DNA of 63,992 bases, filler included, from Candidatus Babelota bacterium (GTDB lineage Bacteria; JAGOBX01): the NCBI GenBank assembly GCA_017999075.1. It is 12 parts of 12 records of this genome, joined end to end, with 100 filler letters (N's around TTAATTAATTAA, not from the genome) between each part and the next. Parts side by side here need not be neighbours in the genome. Positions count along the whole stretch, not along the records: positions 38,443 to 43,731 come from JAGOBX010000285.1; positions 43,832 to 49,087 come from JAGOBX010000286.1; positions 49,188 to 54,403 come from JAGOBX010000287.1; 9 more parts are not named here. One strand, given 5' to 3'. This document shows, piece after piece, positions 41,775-51,672 of the stretch. The position numbers and the translations under genes were made by a program. Position 1 is the first letter of the stretch. Each line of letters starts with the position of its first letter. A model generated the notes under the pieces. The model saw only the letters and a program-made list of their open reading frames with translations, searched no databases and had not been told where the DNA came from.

Positions 41775-43250
41775 TCATTTCACATCAAACCTGTCTTTCA
41801 GCAAATCGTATTTCTTCCCTATAATAGGAATATTCCTGAATTCATCTTTATTTTTAAGTGTCCCATACCTTTCTATATATTTTAATATCATGGTTGATTC
41901 AAGCTCTGATATTCCAAGCGCTGATTGAAGTTCCAGCATATCCGATTTATTAATATTAACAGGCAGACTGATTTGTATATCATTCTTCTGAACTTTAACT
42001 GAAGGCAAAACTGAAGACTGCGATTGATTTTCATAAGCCGGAGAACCCGGAGCAGTGTAATCAGGCTGCCCTATATAAAAATAATCTTTAATCTGATCAT
42101 ATTTCCCGGAAATTCCTGGAATTTTTTTTAAATCATCAAGTCTGCTGAAATACCCGTAATCTTCCCTGTATTTTATTAAAACCGTTTTATCCATTTCCGT
42201 CAATCCTGCAACTGAAGCAAGTTCTTTTTCAGTAACAGTATTCAAGTTCAATTTATTATCAATAATAATATTTTGAGGCACTGCTATGCCGTTTTCATAA
42301 TTATATCCGGGCACTTCGTTCTGTAATTTATGTTCAGGAAGCGGCGGCAAAGGTATTATTTTTCCATGTTCAGAAATATCAGGCTGTTCAATAATAATAT
42401 CTTTTATCCTTATATCAGAACCATTATCTTTCAACATTGTTCTATCCTGCTGAATTTTAGTTATTATATCAAGCACCTGATCATTATTTTCACTATTTTT
42501 ATCAGAGGTCACTGATGTTCCGCCTTGCATTTTTCCATTATTTTTTGATTCTACAATAATATCTTTTATTATCCTTCCTGATTCACCAGAATTTTTTTTT
42601 TCTGTTTCACTGTTTATTATTTTTTCATTTTCCCCTTCTTTAAACTTTTCTACAGGTTTAAGCCATTCAGGCAGCCTTTCAGTCATCTTATTCTCAACCT
42701 GTTCTTTTATTGCATTAAGTTCATCAGTTCCTTCAAACTCATAATTTTTATTAATATCCTGAGCTTTATGCTTTTTCGAATTTTCAGCAATTTGTTCCTG
42801 CCGTTTATCCTGAATCTCTGTTTTTTCAATTTTTACAGACTCAGCTTTTTTTTCTTCAACAGAAATATTTTTCTGTTCAGTTTTTTTTAAAGCTTCTTCT
42901 TCTTCAATTTTATTTTTATTTTCATCACTTTCAGACGCAGAAGTTTTTCCCTGATTTCCCGAAATCAAAACAGCCTGTGTCAAATAATAATCCGATTTTT
43001 CAGTATCATTTTTTAAAAAATATGCTATGCCGAGCTCTCTGTTTGCGTCAATATTAGAAGGTTCTATTTTTATTATCTCCAACAATATTTCAAGTTTTTC
43101 ATCAAGATTCACGCAATTTTTCGCATTATCAAGCATTTTCCCTATTTTTTCAAAATCATTTTTTTTCAATTCACCGGATATTAAAAACTGATTAAAACCT
43201 ATAACAAAACTTACTATCAGTACCGCAATACTTTTTTTATTAATTTTCAT
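41775..43250 (-). CDS. Secreted protein with a TPR and two ComEA-like helix-hairpin-helix modules
   Basis: Signal peptide; LNLNTVTEKEL..LIKYREDYGYF..LKKIPGI and VNINKSDMLEL..YIERYG..FRNIPII. Confidence 0.75.
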   Translation of the reverse strand: MKINKKSIAVLIVSFVIGFNQFLISGELKKNDFEKIGKMLDNAKNCVNLDEKLEILLEIIKIEPSNIDANRELGIAYFLKNDTEKSDYYLTQAVLISGNQGKTSASESDENKNKIEEEEALKKTEQKNISVEEKKAESVKIEKTEIQDKRQEQIAENSKKHKAQDINKNYEFEGTDELNAIKEQVENKMTERLPEWLKPVEKFKEGENEKIINSETEKKNSGESGRIIKDIIVESKNNGKMQGGTSVTSDKNSENNDQVLDIITKIQQDRTMLKDNGSDIRIKDIIIEQPDISEHGKIIPLPPLPEHKLQNEVPGYNYENGIAVPQNIIIDNKLNLNTVTEKELASVAGLTEMDKTVLIKYREDYGYFSRLDDLKKIPGISGKYDQIKDYFYIGQPDYTAPGSPAYENQSQSSVLPSVKVQKNDIQISLPVNINKSDMLELQSALGISELESTMILKYIERYGTLKNKDEFRNIPIIGKKYDLLKDRFDVK

Positions 43251-43256
43251 ATAAAA

Positions 43257-43730
43257 TCAATCCTCCAGTCCTATTGTTTGATTTATATCCTGCCGATTAA
43301 ATATTTCACGCTGATCCGGCGAATTATTATTATTACTGTCTTCAAAAACAAGTACCGAAGCCCGTAATTCGCCAATGTTTCCTGCATTAAAAGAAACTTT
43401 AAGATTTTTATCTCCGGTTTTTATATTAAAAATAAAATCTTTTGATTTATTTTTTTTGGTTATCAAATTTATATTTTCAGAACTCGCGCTCTGAGAAAAC
43501 ATCATCAATTCATTAAAAGAGAATAAAAGTTTAATGTTTTTTTTATTTTTCAAATCATTACAAAACAAATTATATTTTATGGGTTTTCCTATATCAGGTC
43601 TGCTTTCATATACAACATTCAAATCAATTCTTGTTTCTGCTTTTTTCCTTGGTTTTACTGTTTCAGCCGCATTTTTAAACTGAACAATGCTGTTTTTTTT
43701 TTTTTTATTTAAAGAATTAAGCTGTCCGGT
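43257..43730 (-). CDS. Hypothetical protein, C-terminal fragment
   Basis: Frame appears to extend from the ORF-track start toward the contig edge; co-oriented with downstream genes. Confidence 0.55.
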   Translation of the reverse strand, partial: TGQLNSLNKKKKNSIVQFKNAAETVKPRKKAETRIDLNVVYESRPDIGKPIKYNLFCNDLKNKKNIKLLFSFNELMMFSQSASSENINLITKKNKSKDFIFNIKTGDKNLKVSFNAGNIGELRASVLVFEDSNNNNSPDQREIFNRQDINQTIGLED

Positions 43731-43831
43731 TNNNNNNNNNNNNNNNNNNNNNNNNNNNNNNNNNNNNNNNNNNNNTTAATTAATTAANNNNNNNNNNNNN
43801 NNNNNNNNNNNNNNNNNNNNNNNNNNNNNNN

Positions 43832-44455
43832 TCCGTCTTTATTTTTTTCTTTATCTTTATTGCTGTTTTTTCCATCCTCTTTATTTTTTCCATCCTCTTT
43901 ATTTTTTCCGTCTTCTTTATTTTTATCTGATTTATTTCCGTTCTTTTTTTGTTCTTCCTGTTGTTTTTTCAGTTTATCAAGAAGATCTTTTATAATTAAT
44001 CTGGCGCGTTGAATATTAATTTTAGAATCGTTATGTTCAGGATTTTTTTTCAAAGCATCCTGGTAAAATGAAATAGCTTTTTTGAATGTTTCAATAGATT
44101 CATTTAAATCCGCATCAATAAGATTTTCGGCTTTTTTAAAATAACTGTTTCCAGTTCTGAACAGAGATTCTATTTCAAGTTCATTTTCAGATTTGACTGC
44201 GGATAACTTGAAATGATCAATAGCTTTATCATAATCTTTTTTTAAATAATATGAAGTGCCGAGATTAAACAATATCTCGGAATTGTTTGGAAGTTCAGAG
44301 TCTGCTTTTTTGTATTTTTGTTCTGCGGCATCAAACTTTTTTTGTTTAACAAACTCATTGCCTTCTTTGACAAGTTTATGCGGATTAGCTGATAAAATTA
44401 TACTGTATAACACCAAAAAAATAATAGTTAAAAATAATTTATTAAACATAATCAT
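43832..44455 (-). CDS. batC: BatC-like TPR protein (3' truncated)
   Basis: Signal peptide, EGNEF..Y, FNLGTSYY and FRTGNSYF TPRs, charged low-complexity tail; downstream of two VWA genes. Confidence 0.7.
43866..43924 (-). repeat. 18-bp tandem coding repeat (KNKEDG x3)
   Basis: DKNKEDGKNKEDGKNKEDGKN in the BatC-like tail, next to the assembly break. Confidence 0.8.
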
Positions 44456-44527
44456 CCATCATAAAAATATAAATTTAAATATTTTTATCAAGTTAGAAAT
44501 TGATTTTCCAGCTTGAATTTATATATA

Positions 44528-45547
44528 TTATTCATCTTTATTTCTGTTTGCGTTTTTTACCGTTTCAGATAAAAATGTTTCTATCAACAAGAGTATTATA
44601 GCTATTGATAAAGGTATTTGATAAAAATCTTTCCATTTTAATGTCTTGAATGATTTGAGTTCACGTTTTTCTGCTGCCGCAATTTTTTCAAGATATATTT
44701 TTGACAAATCGAAATTTCCTGTTTTTGCAGGTAAAAAAGCTCCTTCAGGATGAGCTAAAGCTATTTCCTGAAGTAATGCAGTATTAAGTTTAGATCTATG
44801 CTGTTTATCAGAAACTTCGGAATTGCTGGTTGTTACCAGCGCGCCCATTTCAGGATCGCCGAGTCCTACCGTAAAAATTCTTATTCCGCTGTTTGTTGCA
44901 GCCCGTTCTGCTGCTTTAACAGGCCAGCTGTTTTGATCTTCGCCGTCAGTGATTAAAATTATATCTTTGAATTTTTTTTCTTTTTCATTGAATATTTCCT
45001 CGGCTTTTCTGATAGCGTCGCCTATATTTGTACCGGGATCAGGAATATCGTCTGTAGAAGTATTTTTTAAAATATTTATAAAAAAACTGTAATCATTTGT
45101 CAATGGCGATTTTAACGATGAACTTCCGGAAAAAATTATCAGACCTACACGGTCGCCCTGAAGTTTTGAAACAAGATCAATGATAGCTATTTTTGCACGC
45201 TCAAGACGCGTAGGTTTTAAATCCGTTGCGTTCATGCTTTCTGAAACATCGAGTAAAAATACAATGTCTCTCCCGGTTTGTTTTATGTTTTCAGGCGTTG
45301 GATCACCTTGCGGTCTCATTAAAGAAATTATAATAAATCCTATTGCAAAAATTATCAATAATGCTTTTATAACCTGTTTTTTTCTGCTTGAATTTACAGA
45401 TATTTTTTTTAATGCTTCATTGGTGGCAAAAATTCTCATAAGCCTGTCTTTTTGCCGGAAATACATATAATACAGCAGAATTATAAAAGGTATTATCCAA
45501 ATAAAATATGCGTAATAAATATTTTCAAATCGTTCTATGAATCCCAT
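44528..45547 (-). CDS. batB: VWA domain membrane protein (BatB-like)
   Basis: MIDAS DVSES, PTRLERAK, GDRVGL, PLTND, LITDGED. Confidence 0.85.
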   Translation of the reverse strand: MGFIERFENIYYAYFIWIIPFIILLYYMYFRQKDRLMRIFATNEALKKISVNSSRKKQVIKALLIIFAIGFIIISLMRPQGDPTPENIKQTGRDIVFLLDVSESMNATDLKPTRLERAKIAIIDLVSKLQGDRVGLIIFSGSSSLKSPLTNDYSFFINILKNTSTDDIPDPGTNIGDAIRKAEEIFNEKEKKFKDIILITDGEDQNSWPVKAAERAATNSGIRIFTVGLGDPEMGALVTTSNSEVSDKQHRSKLNTALLQEIALAHPEGAFLPAKTGNFDLSKIYLEKIAAAEKRELKSFKTLKWKDFYQIPLSIAIILLLIETFLSETVKNANRNKDE

Positions 45548-45551
45548 AATC

Positions 45552-46700
45552 TTAAGGTATTCTCCTGAATATTGTAGTTGATAATACTATCTCTAATAAT
45601 AAAACAAAAAAACCCGGTAATAAAAATCTTCTGAATAATTCATTATATTCAAGATAAGCGCTGTCTTCGATTTCAGTTTTTTCGAGTTTGTCAATGTCTT
45701 TATATATTTTTTGTAATGATTCGCCGTCTTCAGCAAAATAAAATTTTCCGTTAGTCATTGATGAAATGTTTTTTAAAGTATTCGCATCAACTTCATCGCC
45801 CTGCATTCCTACAAACATTCTACCGAATATAGGATCGTCAATGTATTGCCCTCCGCGTCTGCTGCCTATTCCGATAGTATAAACTTTTATTCCGTTTGCA
45901 GCGGCAAGCTCTGCTCCTGCTGAAGGCTGAAAATTTCCATAAGTGTTTTGACCATCAGTCAATAATATTATAATTTTGCTTTTTATTCTGTAATCGTTTG
46001 ATTTCGTGTTTTTAAAATATTTATCGGACTCAATCATTTTTAACGCAGTATAATACAGAGCGTCGCCGATTGCTGTTAATTGAGACACCTGAGCATATTG
46101 CCTGAATTGGTTGAATTCTTCCTGCGACATTGAAGCGCCGATTGACTTATATACCCGTTCATAATCGTAAACTTCTATATTTTTTAAAAAATTATCAAAA
46201 TTTCCATGCTCAAGAGTTAATGGACAGTTAAACTCCACTGTTCCTGAAAATGAAGTTATTCCTATTAAATCGTTTTGCCTTCGTTTTCCTGAAACAAGTT
46301 TTCCGGATACAAATTGTGAAAAAACTTCTTTTACAACTTCAAGCCGTGTCATTTGTTTATTTTTGAAATTCATCAGTTGTTTCATTGATCCGGATTTATC
46401 TATAACCATTTGTATAGCAATTCCTTTTGTTATTTGTTTTTTTATGGAACTTCCCTGTCTCGGTCTTGCTATTGCCAAAACAAGCAGAATTATTGCAATG
46501 ATTCTTAATGCTGCAGGCAAGTGTCTTAATCTGTATTTCCAGCCTGGTTTTATTTTTTTAAACTTGTTTACAGAAGAAAATTTTAATGTTCCTTTTCTTT
46601 TTTTTGAAATAGAAAAATATAATATGTATGGAATTATAATTATTAATAAATATATAATCCATTTATCTTTGAATTCAGGAATATAATTAAACGGATTCAT
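45552..46700 (-). CDS. batA: VWA domain membrane protein (BatA-like)
   Basis: LAIARP, MIDAS DKSGSM, TAIGDAL, LLTDG, IDKLEK, C-terminal FRRIP. Confidence 0.87.
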   Translation of the reverse strand: MNPFNYIPEFKDKWIIYLLIIIIPYILYFSISKKRKGTLKFSSVNKFKKIKPGWKYRLRHLPAALRIIAIILLVLAIARPRQGSSIKKQITKGIAIQMVIDKSGSMKQLMNFKNKQMTRLEVVKEVFSQFVSGKLVSGKRRQNDLIGITSFSGTVEFNCPLTLEHGNFDNFLKNIEVYDYERVYKSIGASMSQEEFNQFRQYAQVSQLTAIGDALYYTALKMIESDKYFKNTKSNDYRIKSKIIILLTDGQNTYGNFQPSAGAELAAANGIKVYTIGIGSRRGGQYIDDPIFGRMFVGMQGDEVDANTLKNISSMTNGKFYFAEDGESLQKIYKDIDKLEKTEIEDSAYLEYNELFRRFLLPGFFVLLLEIVLSTTIFRRIP

Positions 46701-46795
46701 TTTTTTAATTACCTCATATACAAACCATCGTCAACATTAATAATTCGAATATACCACAAGGTTAAAACGTTTAATATTCTGTTTTAAAAATATTT

Positions 46796-47863
46796 TTACA
46801 ATTTTGATACATGATCAGTATCAACCCTCTGATCGAAAGTTTTATTTTTTTTATCCTCTTTAGTTTTTTCGATAAAATTTTTTACGAAATTAAATGATTT
46901 TTGAATATCTTCGTTAACAGGTTTATGTTTTGCAAATTTTACTAAATCAGAATGTTCAAGAAAATTTTTTAATATTTTATCTTCTTCATTTTTAAAAAAA
47001 TTATTTTTTAAAATTTCATTTAGAAATTCTTCAGTAGTCTGTTCCTGAGCTTTTAAAGCAAACCTGTTTTCAAGATATTCCCTCAAAATCATGGATAACT
47101 TGAAATAAAATTCTTTGATTAAATTCTGTTCAACCAGTTTTTCTTCAATTAATTTTTTTATTTGTATATATGCTATTTCGTGTGCTGGAAGTTTTATTGT
47201 TTTTATTTTGCTGACGCCTTTTTTCTTTCTGTAATACCAATATCCTGCTGCTGCTAAAATAATTATTATGAATACTACGATTAGATTTCTGAAAATTTTT
47301 TTATAATCTCTTTTAAGCTCTATGGTATAAGTGGAATCTTTGAATTTAGGAATTTGTCCTGATGTATCGACAAGAGATGTCACTTCAATTTCGAGAGGTT
47401 TTGATTCTATGGTGTAAACATTAGTGTCTGAATCAGAAGAAAATTTGATTTCCATAGGAGTAATAGTATATTTTCCTGATAAAAACGGATCAAGAACATA
47501 TTTTTCTGAAATTATTACGGTTTGAGTGTCAGGATATGTTTTAGGTAAAGTTATTCTGTCTCTGACAATAAATCCTCCGAAAAGTTTTTCATTATAATCA
47601 GGTAATTGCGCAGAGTATCCGTTTTCACATTTTATTTTCATTATGAAATCAAGTGAATCGGCAAGAGTGATTTGCTTTTTGTTTACGCTAACTGTCAATT
47701 CAACGGGACCTTTGTAACTTGTTTCTGACATTCCGGAATCTGTATTTTTTTTTGGTTTGGTTCCGTTGTTTTTTGACTGACACGACACGATATTAATCAG
47801 CGTAGCAATCAAAATGATTAATGAAAAAAAACTTTTTAATAAAATCTTTTTTTTCTTTTTCAT
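46796..47863 (-). CDS. Conserved Bat-operon membrane protein (Ig-like domain + TM + helical C-terminus; possible lipoprotein)
   Basis: IVSC lipobox-like motif; PAHEIA, LREYLENRF, EQTTEEFL and DLVKFAK motifs typical of the gene preceding batA. Confidence 0.75.
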   Translation of the reverse strand: MKKKKKILLKSFFSLIILIATLINIVSCQSKNNGTKPKKNTDSGMSETSYKGPVELTVSVNKKQITLADSLDFIMKIKCENGYSAQLPDYNEKLFGGFIVRDRITLPKTYPDTQTVIISEKYVLDPFLSGKYTITPMEIKFSSDSDTNVYTIESKPLEIEVTSLVDTSGQIPKFKDSTYTIELKRDYKKIFRNLIVVFIIIILAAAGYWYYRKKKGVSKIKTIKLPAHEIAYIQIKKLIEEKLVEQNLIKEFYFKLSMILREYLENRFALKAQEQTTEEFLNEILKNNFFKNEEDKILKNFLEHSDLVKFAKHKPVNEDIQKSFNFVKNFIEKTKEDKKNKTFDQRVDTDHVSKL

Positions 47864-47868
47864 AGAAA

Positions 47869-49086
47869 TTATTTAATTTTAGAATGAATTATTACTTTAT
47901 ATTTATTTTTAAGTTTTTCAAAATATTCGGAAAATAATTCCTGTTCTTTGCTTTGTCTTTTTGCAGCCTGAACCCTATCTCGTATTTCATCGTATTGAGG
48001 CATTCGTTCCTGCTGCCTTTCATTTATTTTAAATAAATAAAAGTTTCCGTTTGCTTCTGCAAAGGCAGAAGGTTTATCGTTTAATTTTTGGGAAAATAAA
48101 ATGTTGTGAATATTAACATTGTTCCCTATTCCAGGAATATCCTTGTTTTTTTCTATCCAGTAATCAAGTTTACCTCCGGATTTAGCAGAATCGTCGATAG
48201 AAAATTGTTTTGCGGTTTCACTGAAATCACCGCCTGATTTTATTTTTTTTAATGCATTTTCAATATCAGTTTTATTGGAACATTTTATCATTGAAACTTT
48301 TACTCTTTCAGATTGTTTAAATTCGTTTTTATGAGCTTCGTAATAATCTTTATAATCTGCTTCAGATAATTTGATATTTTTCTTTTCTTCGGCAATAACC
48401 TGTCTGCTTAAATAATTTTTTCTGAAATCATCCACAACATTTTCAAAGTCGGGATTATTGTTGTATCCGCGTTCAAGTGCTTCAAGATATAATGTTTCAT
48501 TTTGCGCCCATTCAGTTAGAATCTGTTCTTTTTGAGAAACATCGAGTTTATTAAGATATTGTTCTTTGCGTTTTGATAGTTCCTCTGGAGTCAATGATTC
48601 TCCAGTATATTGAGACATTTGTTTTATCTGTAGTTCAATCATATTTTCGATTTTTTTATTTAAATCGGTTTTAGTTATTTTCATAGAACCGATTTCTGCT
48701 AATATTTCTGATTGATTTGTTTCTTCAGTTGACGGGGTTAATGACGATCTTGCGGAGAGTTCTGAAGTTAAACCTGAAGTATTTCCTGATTTTCTGTAGC
48801 ATTCAATGATATTTTTGTTAATATCGTTTTTTATTTCTTCAACTGATGCAATTGATTCTGAAAAAATAAAATTTTTTATTGCGTTATCGTAATCGCCGGA
48901 TTTCATTAGCAAATTGCCTATTCTGAAATATAACTTCGCTTTTTCAGTTTTGTCAATTCCGGGATTTGCGGAAATATAGTTCTTCCATATTTCAACTGCG
49001 GTTTTATATAAATTTCTGTTCTCAAATTTTATTGCCAGATCCTTATCGGAAAAATCATTATATTCCCTTAAAATATTACTTTTATT
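47869..49086 (-). CDS. TPR + parvulin (PpiC-type) peptidyl-prolyl isomerase, 5' truncated
   Basis: Frame open to the contig edge; FSETAKQFSID..GGKL rotamase motif and SurA/PrsA-like helices. Confidence 0.8.
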   Translation of the reverse strand, partial: NKSNILREYNDFSDKDLAIKFENRNLYKTAVEIWKNYISANPGIDKTEKAKLYFRIGNLLMKSGDYDNAIKNFIFSESIASVEEIKNDINKNIIECYRKSGNTSGLTSELSARSSLTPSTEETNQSEILAEIGSMKITKTDLNKKIENMIELQIKQMSQYTGESLTPEELSKRKEQYLNKLDVSQKEQILTEWAQNETLYLEALERGYNNNPDFENVVDDFRKNYLSRQVIAEEKKNIKLSEADYKDYYEAHKNEFKQSERVKVSMIKCSNKTDIENALKKIKSGGDFSETAKQFSIDDSAKSGGKLDYWIEKNKDIPGIGNNVNIHNILFSQKLNDKPSAFAEANGNFYLFKINERQQERMPQYDEIRDRVQAAKRQSKEQELFSEYFEKLKNKYKVIIHSKIK

Positions 49087-49188
49087 TNNNNNNNNNNNNN
49101 NNNNNNNNNNNNNNNNNNNNNNNNNNNNNNNTTAATTAATTAANNNNNNNNNNNNNNNNNNNNNNNNNNNNNNNNNNNNNNNNNNNNG

Positions 49189-49284
49189 AATAAAGCCGCT
49201 GATATAATTGAAAAAATAATTGATTATCGTAAAAAAATAAACAGGATAGACGAGAATAGTTTAAAAAGAGAAAAAGAAATATAA
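49189..49284 (+). CDS. flbD: Flagellar protein FlbD, C-terminal fragment
   Basis: DIIEKIIDYRKKI motif and position directly upstream of motA. Confidence 0.7.
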   Translation, partial: NKAADIIEKIIDYRKKINRIDENSLKREKEI

Positions 49285-49352
49285 AAAAGTAAACAGATAC
49301 ATTCTCTAAAAATGATTATTATTACAGCCGTTTAACAAGTAAGGAGGCAGCG

Positions 49353-50162
49353 ATGGATTTTGGAACCCTATCAGGGATATTAGTTTCAGTATTTTTATGT
49401 CTTTGGTCAATCACTTTGATTCCGGGCGTTACACTTGGTTTATACTGGGATCCACCTTCATTTGCTCTGGTTGTAGGTTGTACAATAATGGGATATATAA
49501 CAAGTACTCCGATCCCGAAAATGAAATTGATATTTCAGGTAGGTAAAGCTGCATTTCGTGAAAAAAAACTTGATTTGGTGGGAGTTATTCCTTTACTTGT
49601 AAGTTTTGCTGAAAAAGCAAGAAGAGAAGGATTGCTTGCTCTTGAAGATGATATAGAATCTCTGGACGATGCATTTTTAAAACGCGGAATACAGCTTGTT
49701 GTTGACGGAACTGATCCTGAACTTGTAAAAACGATTATGCAGACACAGATGTCTTATATAGAAGAAAGACATACTTTTGGAAGAGGAATATTTGAAGGAA
49801 TAGCGTCCTTAGCTCCTGCGTTTGGTATGATCGGAACTTTGATTGGACTTGTTGCGATGCTTAAAAATATGGATGATCCTTCAATGATTGGACCTTCAAT
49901 GGCAACAGCTCTTATTACAACACTATACGGCGCCATAATTGCCAACATATTTTCAAATCCTATTGCAAATAAACTAAGTGTAAAAAGTTCCGAAGAAATA
50001 TTATTAAAAAAAATTATGCTTGAAGGAATGCTTGCGATTCAGGCAGGAGACAATCCTCGTATAGTCGATGAGAAACTTAAAGCATTTTTACCTCCGGCAT
50101 TAGCTAAACAGGCTGGCGGCGCAGCAGGCGCAGAAGGCGCAGAAGGAGGAGAAGCTAAGTAA
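49353..50162 (+). CDS. motA: Flagellar stator A subunit (MotA/PomA)
   Basis: ARREGLLALE, PAFGMIGTLIGL, ALITTLYG; GGAGG RBS. Confidence 0.96.
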   Translation: MDFGTLSGILVSVFLCLWSITLIPGVTLGLYWDPPSFALVVGCTIMGYITSTPIPKMKLIFQVGKAAFREKKLDLVGVIPLLVSFAEKARREGLLALEDDIESLDDAFLKRGIQLVVDGTDPELVKTIMQTQMSYIEERHTFGRGIFEGIASLAPAFGMIGTLIGLVAMLKNMDDPSMIGPSMATALITTLYGAIIANIFSNPIANKLSVKSSEEILLKKIMLEGMLAIQAGDNPRIVDEKLKAFLPPALAKQAGGAAGAEGAEGGEAK

Positions 50163-50941
50163 TGCCAGCTCTAAAATGTAAGCATTGCGGCGGTATAAAC
50201 CCTACAAAAGCCGGTGTTCCGGATTATATGTTGACATTCGGAGATTTGAATTCTCTGCTTCTGACATTTTTTGTTTTGCTGATAGCGAGCGCAAGTTTTG
50301 ACGTTAAGAAATTTAATATAATTGTAAGCGCGTTTCAGGGAAGTTTTGGAGTATTTGAAGGCGGGAAAACAGTGACTCCTGCGGATCTTCCTGATCTTGG
50401 AGTCAAACCGAGTGAAATAATGGAAGAAGCCGGAAAAATAGTATCAATAGCAAAACGTGAATCATCTGATATTTCAGAAGAATTACGTGAAGCTGTATCA
50501 GACGGAAAAGTAGAGATTCAGGAAACAGAAGAAGGTTTGGTTATACAAGTTACGGATCAGATGCTTTTTGATCCAGGCAATCCTGATTTGAAATCTGCGG
50601 ATGCAAAAAAATTGTTATCAAAAGTAGGAAAAGTTCTTAACAGCGTAGAAGGATTGCGCGACAGGAATATAAGGATAGAGGGACATACAGATGATATTGG
50701 ATCTGAATTTGAAAATAAAGGAGTAAAATACAATTCAAGTTCAAATTGGGAATTATCAGCTTTAAGAGCGACAAATGTATTAAGGTTTTTAGGAGAAACA
50801 GCCGGAGTAGACAACAAAAGGTTATCTGCTGCAGGTTATGGACAATATAAACCTCTTCCGAGAAAAGCTGATGAATCTGAAGATCAGTGGCGCAGCAGAA
50901 ACAGACGTGTTGATATTGTTGTATTGAGAAGTAAAAAATAA
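50162..50941 (+). CDS. motB: Flagellar stator B subunit (MotB/PomB)
   Basis: YMLTFGDLNSLLLTFFVLL TM; OmpA-like domain EGHTD, NWELSALRA, NRRVDI. Confidence 0.95.
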   Translation: MPALKCKHCGGINPTKAGVPDYMLTFGDLNSLLLTFFVLLIASASFDVKKFNIIVSAFQGSFGVFEGGKTVTPADLPDLGVKPSEIMEEAGKIVSIAKRESSDISEELREAVSDGKVEIQETEEGLVIQVTDQMLFDPGNPDLKSADAKKLLSKVGKVLNSVEGLRDRNIRIEGHTDDIGSEFENKGVKYNSSSNWELSALRATNVLRFLGETAGVDNKRLSAAGYGQYKPLPRKADESEDQWRSRNRRVDIVVLRSKK

Positions 50942-50976
50942 TAATATTTAATAAATAAATTTTCGGAGGAATAATT

Positions 50977-51573
50977 ATGGCTAAAGAAAAAGAAGATGTT
51001 AAAGAAGAACAACCTGAAGATGGTCAGGGATTGCCTTCAGGGAAAAAACCTTTAGTAATAAAAATACTTATAATATCAATAATTGCAGTAATATTGATTG
51101 GCGGAGCAATAATAATAGCTTTTTTCACTTCAAAAAATGTTAATGATTCAGCGGTCAAAAAAGATGATACCGGTGCTCAGTCAGTGGAAATGCTTAAAGA
51201 CACGATAAATTACGGTCAATGGCAGCTGAGCAAAGGTAAAGAACCTATGAAATTTAATCTTCAGAAGAAAGATGCGAATTCTGCCGGATCGCCGATATTG
51301 CTTGCGGATATAGTTCTTGCTTGGAATCAGGATGAAGTAGGTTCAAGCTGGGCAGGTAAAAAAAAGGATCCTTCTCCTGATCTTGAAATACGCCGAGATC
51401 AGATTAAAGACATAGTAGTAAATTATTTTAATACTAAAACCGTTGAAGAAGTATCATTAGCGCATGCAAATGATTTAAAAGGCGATTTACAGAAATATAT
51501 TAATAATGTTTTATCAGATGATGTAGCGAGAATCAGAAACATATTTTTTCCTCAATATTTCATACAGCAGTAA
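50977..51573 (+). CDS. fliL: Flagellar basal body protein FliL
   Basis: Single N-terminal TM, IKDIVV..KT..E, LKGDL..IN, IFF..F end; between motB and fliM. Confidence 0.85.
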   Translation: MAKEKEDVKEEQPEDGQGLPSGKKPLVIKILIISIIAVILIGGAIIIAFFTSKNVNDSAVKKDDTGAQSVEMLKDTINYGQWQLSKGKEPMKFNLQKKDANSAGSPILLADIVLAWNQDEVGSSWAGKKKDPSPDLEIRRDQIKDIVVNYFNTKTVEEVSLAHANDLKGDLQKYINNVLSDDVARIRNIFFPQYFIQQ

Positions 51574-51672
51574 ATAATGTTTTTTAAAGAAAAAAATAGA
51601 AGAGATAATTAAAAATTGAGGATTAAAAAATATAAGGTTATTTTATTAAGTTAAATACTGGAGAAAAACAAT

